This document shows positions 61,204 through 64,000 of a stretch of 64,000 bases of DNA, in pieces. Numbering within the stretch: the stretch's first letter is position 1; each line of letters starts with the position of its first letter. Both the position numbers and the translations under genes were made by a program. The notes under the pieces are model-generated. The model saw only the letters and a program-made list of their open reading frames with translations. It had not been told where the DNA came from and made no database searches. Origin of the DNA: Lachnospiraceae bacterium (GTDB lineage Bacteria > Bacillota > Clostridia > Lachnospirales > Lachnospiraceae); contig JAFUAE010000108.1 in the NCBI GenBank assembly GCA_017460845.1, positions 15,567 to 79,566 on the forward strand, given 5' to 3'.

Positions 61204-62413
61204 AGATAAATACGTATTTGCTCAGGCGCTCCATCGCTTCCTCCAGTCTGCTCAGAGGCAGCGCACAGTTAATGCGGATCGCATCCTCCCATGCAAACTT
61301 TCTGCCGTCCTGATAGGCGACGCCGACATCCCAACCGGCCTTCAGGACCTCGTCCAGTGTTCTGCCGGTCCTCTTCAGATATCCGGAGCAGTCCATGAAA
61401 AGCATATAGGTCCCCTGCGGCATGGAAACGCTGCAGCCTTCAAAATGCTGATCGATATAATCCGCCGCGTAACGGCAGTTTTCTTCCAGAACCATACACA
61501 GTTCATCTGTCCAGATCTGTCCCTCCTCCGAGTATGCCCCGATCAGGGCGTGCATGGACAGTACATTCATCTCATTGTAATGCGTCCTGTCCCCGTGATT
61601 TCTGATTTTTTCCCGGAGTATCTCGTCATAAATGATGTGATAGCTGCCGATCAGGCCGGCCAGATTAAAGGTCTTGGACGGTGCATAGATTCCGATCGTA
61701 CGGTGTTTTGCATCCTCGTCGATCATCGCCGTAGGAATATGATGATGCCCGGCAAATATAATATCGGACCAGATCTCATCGCTGATCACGATGCAGCGGT
61801 TTGACCGATATACTTCCATGGCCTTTTCGATCTCCCATCTCTCCCAGACGCGTCCGGTCGGATTGTGCGGGGAACAGAACATCGCCAGCCGGATATGATT
61901 CTGCCTGATCCTGCGGTCCATGTCCTCATAATCCATGCGCCATATCCCGTCCCGGTCCTTTTTCAGGGGGCTTAAGACCGCCCGGCGCCCGGTCTGCTTC
62001 AGGTCCTTCAGAAATCCGACATAGGAGGGGCTGTGTACCAGCACCGCGTCTCCCGGCTCGGTCAGAGTGTTGAGGCAGCTGATGACACAGCCGTGGACGC
62101 CGTTCTCGTATCCGATCAGACCGGCAGTAAGACCGGTATATCCGTGGCGCTTTGTCTGCCAGTCTATGATACTCTGATAATAAGTGTCGGAAGGGATAAA
62201 ATACCCATACAGCGGATGACGGATCCTTTCCTCCAGTGCCCTGGTCACCGCCGGGCAGGTTTCAAAATTCATATCCGCCACCCACATCGGAATCTCATCA
62301 AATCCAGGGCGGGCGGCGTCCGGCTCAATGCCCCAGACCGTTTTTCCGATGCCGTCGTAAGCGGTCGCATCCTTCCCTCTCCGGTCTATCAGCTTGGTAA
62401 AATCATAGTTCAT
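61202..62413 (-). CDS. PLP-dependent C-S lyase / aminotransferase of the MalY/PatB class (cystathionine beta-lyase-like)
   Basis: 403 aa from the ATG at 62413 (RBS AAGGAG). Contains MNYDFTKLIDRRGKDATAYD (typical PatB/MalY N-terminus), WVADMNF, CSPHNPTGRVW and APSKTFNLAGL (PLP lysine). Confidence 0.85.
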   Translation of the reverse strand: MNYDFTKLIDRRGKDATAYDGIGKTVWGIEPDAARPGFDEIPMWVADMNFETCPAVTRALEERIRHPLYGYFIPSDTYYQSIIDWQTKRHGYTGLTAGLIGYENGVHGCVISCLNTLTEPGDAVLVHSPSYVGFLKDLKQTGRRAVLSPLKKDRDGIWRMDYEDMDRRIRQNHIRLAMFCSPHNPTGRVWERWEIEKAMEVYRSNRCIVISDEIWSDIIFAGHHHIPTAMIDEDAKHRTIGIYAPSKTFNLAGLIGSYHIIYDEILREKIRNHGDRTHYNEMNVLSMHALIGAYSEEGQIWTDELCMVLEENCRYAADYIDQHFEGCSVSMPQGTYMLFMDCSGYLKRTGRTLDEVLKAGWDVGVAYQDGRKFAWEDAIRINCALPLSRLEEAMERLSKYVFI

Positions 62414-62494
62414 TCCGCTTTCTCTCCTTTGCAGAAAAAACATCGGTCATTTCAGGCGCGGCCAGGGAAGCCCCGCAGTAAATGCCGGAGACAT

Positions 62495-63334
62495 TCAGCC
62501 CGAGATCCGGCTTTGTCCTGTCAGGTAGTCTATCTCGATCCCCGGCTGATAATTATACACAAATACATGGAAGCAGACGCTCCTGCCCCTGTCTTCCACG
62601 GAATAGGCTTCCATCTCCACGCCGCGGGCAACCAGCTCACGGCCCCGGAAATACGGTGTGACGCGGTAAAGGACATGCCTTCCGATCGCATTCTCCAGAT
62701 ACTCCATCACCTGCAATTCAAACGGCAGCATGCTGACCTGGTTCATGTACTGCGTACCCGTAATCAGGTTTCTTTCGTTGGCGTTCTGCCCGGTCAGCCT
62801 GTAGGCGATCAGATGGCTGCGGTTATAGAGATATCCCTCGGGTATCAGCTCCGGATACTGCATATACTGCCAGCCGGAAGGACGGATCATGCCGATCTCA
62901 TCTCTGGTCCCCTCTGCCATCATGGTCCGGTCCAGCAGGGCATATGCAGTCCCGCAGCGGCCAAGCTGGTCAAGCTGTGCATAATGCTCCCCTGTGATCC
63001 CGGTAAGATCCTTTTCCGTAAACATCGGAATATTGGCATTAAGCACTGCATAGTCCGCGCCTGAAAAATCAGGGATCTGTGAGGGATCATACGCGGCAAT
63101 GCTTCTGGAAAAGCCGTCCCCGGTCACCGCGGCAGTGTCCGTGCCGCCCGGATCGACCGGCTGCCCGAAAAGATGGAAGCGCAGAGCCAGGGTAAAGCAA
63201 AAGAACACCAAAATCAAACAAAGAAGCAATCTGATCCAGGTGCCCTGATACCATTTTTGTTTTCCGGCTGTTTTCCTTCCGGATGATTTTCTGACGGCCC
63301 GATTTGTACGGGCCGCTTTCTTTTCTGATTTCAA
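62495..63334 (-). CDS. Membrane-anchored DNA/RNA non-specific endonuclease (EndA/NucA-type)
   Basis: 279 aa. The N-terminal anchor is WIRLLLCLILVFFCFTLAL. Contains YNRSHLIAYRLTGQNANERNLITGTQYMNQ, the DRGH-like active-site region of the EndA/NucA family, here as NRSH. Confidence 0.8.
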   Translation of the reverse strand: MKSEKKAARTNRAVRKSSGRKTAGKQKWYQGTWIRLLLCLILVFFCFTLALRFHLFGQPVDPGGTDTAAVTGDGFSRSIAAYDPSQIPDFSGADYAVLNANIPMFTEKDLTGITGEHYAQLDQLGRCGTAYALLDRTMMAEGTRDEIGMIRPSGWQYMQYPELIPEGYLYNRSHLIAYRLTGQNANERNLITGTQYMNQVSMLPFELQVMEYLENAIGRHVLYRVTPYFRGRELVARGVEMEAYSVEDRGRSVCFHVFVYNYQPGIEIDYLTGQSRISG

Positions 63335-63340
63335 CTGTGC

Positions 63341-63721
63341 TTATGCCTTAACTGCAATAAACTCCACTTCAACCAGTCCGCCCTTCGGAAGCTTTGCAAC
63401 CTCCACACAGGACCTCGCCGGCCTGGAGTCTCCGAAAAACTCTGCATAGATTCCGTTAACTGTGCCGAAATCATCCATGTTGTCAAGAAAAACGGTCGTC
63501 TTGACAATCTCCTCCTTCACGAAGCCCGCCTCCTCGAGGATCGCGGCAACATTGGCCAGAGCCTGCTTCGTCTGGGCTTCGATGCCTTCGGGAAGCGTTC
63601 CGGTTTCAGGGATCAGTCCGAGCTGGCCGGAAGCAAAAAGAAGATTGCCTGCATGGATCGCCTGTACATAAGGTCCTACCGCCGCCGGAGCTTTTGATGT
63701 GTTAATTACCTGATGTGCCAT
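63341..63721 (-). CDS. ridA: RidA-family (YjgF/YER057c/UK114) reactive-intermediate deaminase
   Basis: 126 aa. Contains APAAVGPYVQA, GQLGLIPETG and PARSCVEVAKLPKGGLVEVEFIA, canonical RidA motifs including the Arg in ARS. Confidence 0.9.
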   Translation of the reverse strand: MAHQVINTSKAPAAVGPYVQAIHAGNLLFASGQLGLIPETGTLPEGIEAQTKQALANVAAILEEAGFVKEEIVKTTVFLDNMDDFGTVNGIYAEFFGDSRPARSCVEVAKLPKGGLVEVEFIAVKA

Positions 63722-63750
63722 TTTCCGTATCCTCCTGTAAAAACATATAA

Positions 63751-64000
63751 TTATACTGCCTGCAGTTCCTGTCTGAAGAACTCCGCCACGTCCTGCATCC
63801 TGTCATCCAGATAGACATCTGCAAAGATCTTGCGGGAATCTCCCCCGTACTTTTCCACGATCTCCGGCAGATTGGCATTGACCGTATCGAAATAAAGCCC
63901 ATGCTCTTCGCACCAGCGGACTGCGCGCTGCAGCTGCCTGCCTGATCTGCAGGTCCAGAGGATCAGCCGGTCTCCGAACTGCTCTGCATATTTTAAAATA
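63751..64000 (-). CDS. Small HAD-like/hypothetical protein. Only the C-terminal 83 codons are present; the N-terminus lies beyond the window end.
   Basis: Absent from the ORF track because it is open at the window edge. My own minus-strand translation reads ILKYAEQFGDRLILWTCRSGRQLQRAVRWCEEHGLYFDTVNANLPEIVEKYGGDSRKIFADVYLDDRMQDVAEFFRQELQAV, with the stop at 63751-63753. The track ORF 63702-63902 is in another frame and is rejected. Confidence 0.55.
   Translation of the reverse strand, partial: ILKYAEQFGDRLILWTCRSGRQLQRAVRWCEEHGLYFDTVNANLPEIVEKYGGDSRKIFADVYLDDRMQDVAEFFRQELQAV

Noticed and set aside
63702-63902. 66-aa track ORF at the right edge
   Set aside because: It is out of frame with the longer edge-truncated ORF (63751-64000) whose translation looks protein-like (ILWTCRSGRQLQRAVRWCEEHGLYFDTVNANLPEIV). 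It also overlaps the ridA start.

Overview
This is a 64-kb chromosomal segment of about 55% GC. Gene content suggests a strictly anaerobic Gram-positive organism of class Clostridia, possibly Lachnospiraceae-like, but that taxonomic call is inference only. I support 53 protein genes (41 on the minus strand, 12 on the plus strand) and one tRNA-Lys(CTT). I saw no rRNA, CRISPR array, transposase, integrase or phage genes.

Gene content in window order:
- The edge of a Flp/Tad pilus locus.
- A DMT transporter and three MATE efflux transporters.
- trmB and an OmpR-type two-component system, next to an NlpC/P60 hydrolase and a D-Ala-D-Ala carboxypeptidase.
- A membrane pyrophosphatase.
- A C4-dicarboxylate block: fumC, malic enzyme, an anion permease and pckA.
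- Siroheme-branch genes: a cobA-hemD fusion plus precorrin-2 dehydrogenase.
- A VanX-like dipeptidase lipoprotein, a transaldolase, pgi and azlCD.
- A PIN/RelB toxin-antitoxin pair.
- Two divergently transcribed [FeFe]-hydrogenase units: a GltD-linked one, and a monomeric group-B-like one followed by an ABC transporter.
- A block with three secreted esterases, a membrane-anchored AraC regulator and an orphan TRAP-type binding protein. Two paralogous HTH-Uma2 endonuclease-fold genes bracket this block.
- sdaA, pepD, a PatB/MalY-type C-S lyase, a secreted non-specific nuclease and ridA.

Most unusual signals:
1. A modular, hairpin-rich repeat family fills almost every sizeable intergenic gap. 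There are at least 10 copies. Stems change in a compensatory way between copies, and one copy is flanked by a perfect 24-bp direct repeat.
2. A 179-bp element closed by a perfect 23-bp inverted repeat sits inside the siroheme operon.
3. An 817-bp gene-free region upstream of one HTH-Uma2 gene carries three different tandem-repeat arrays. One is a six- to seven-copy iteron-like array with alternating 14/15-bp spacing.
4. A 20-nt motif is shared upstream of the transcription units of the esterase/AraC/binding-protein block.

All functional calls come from reading the translated ORFs for family motifs. No database search was possible.
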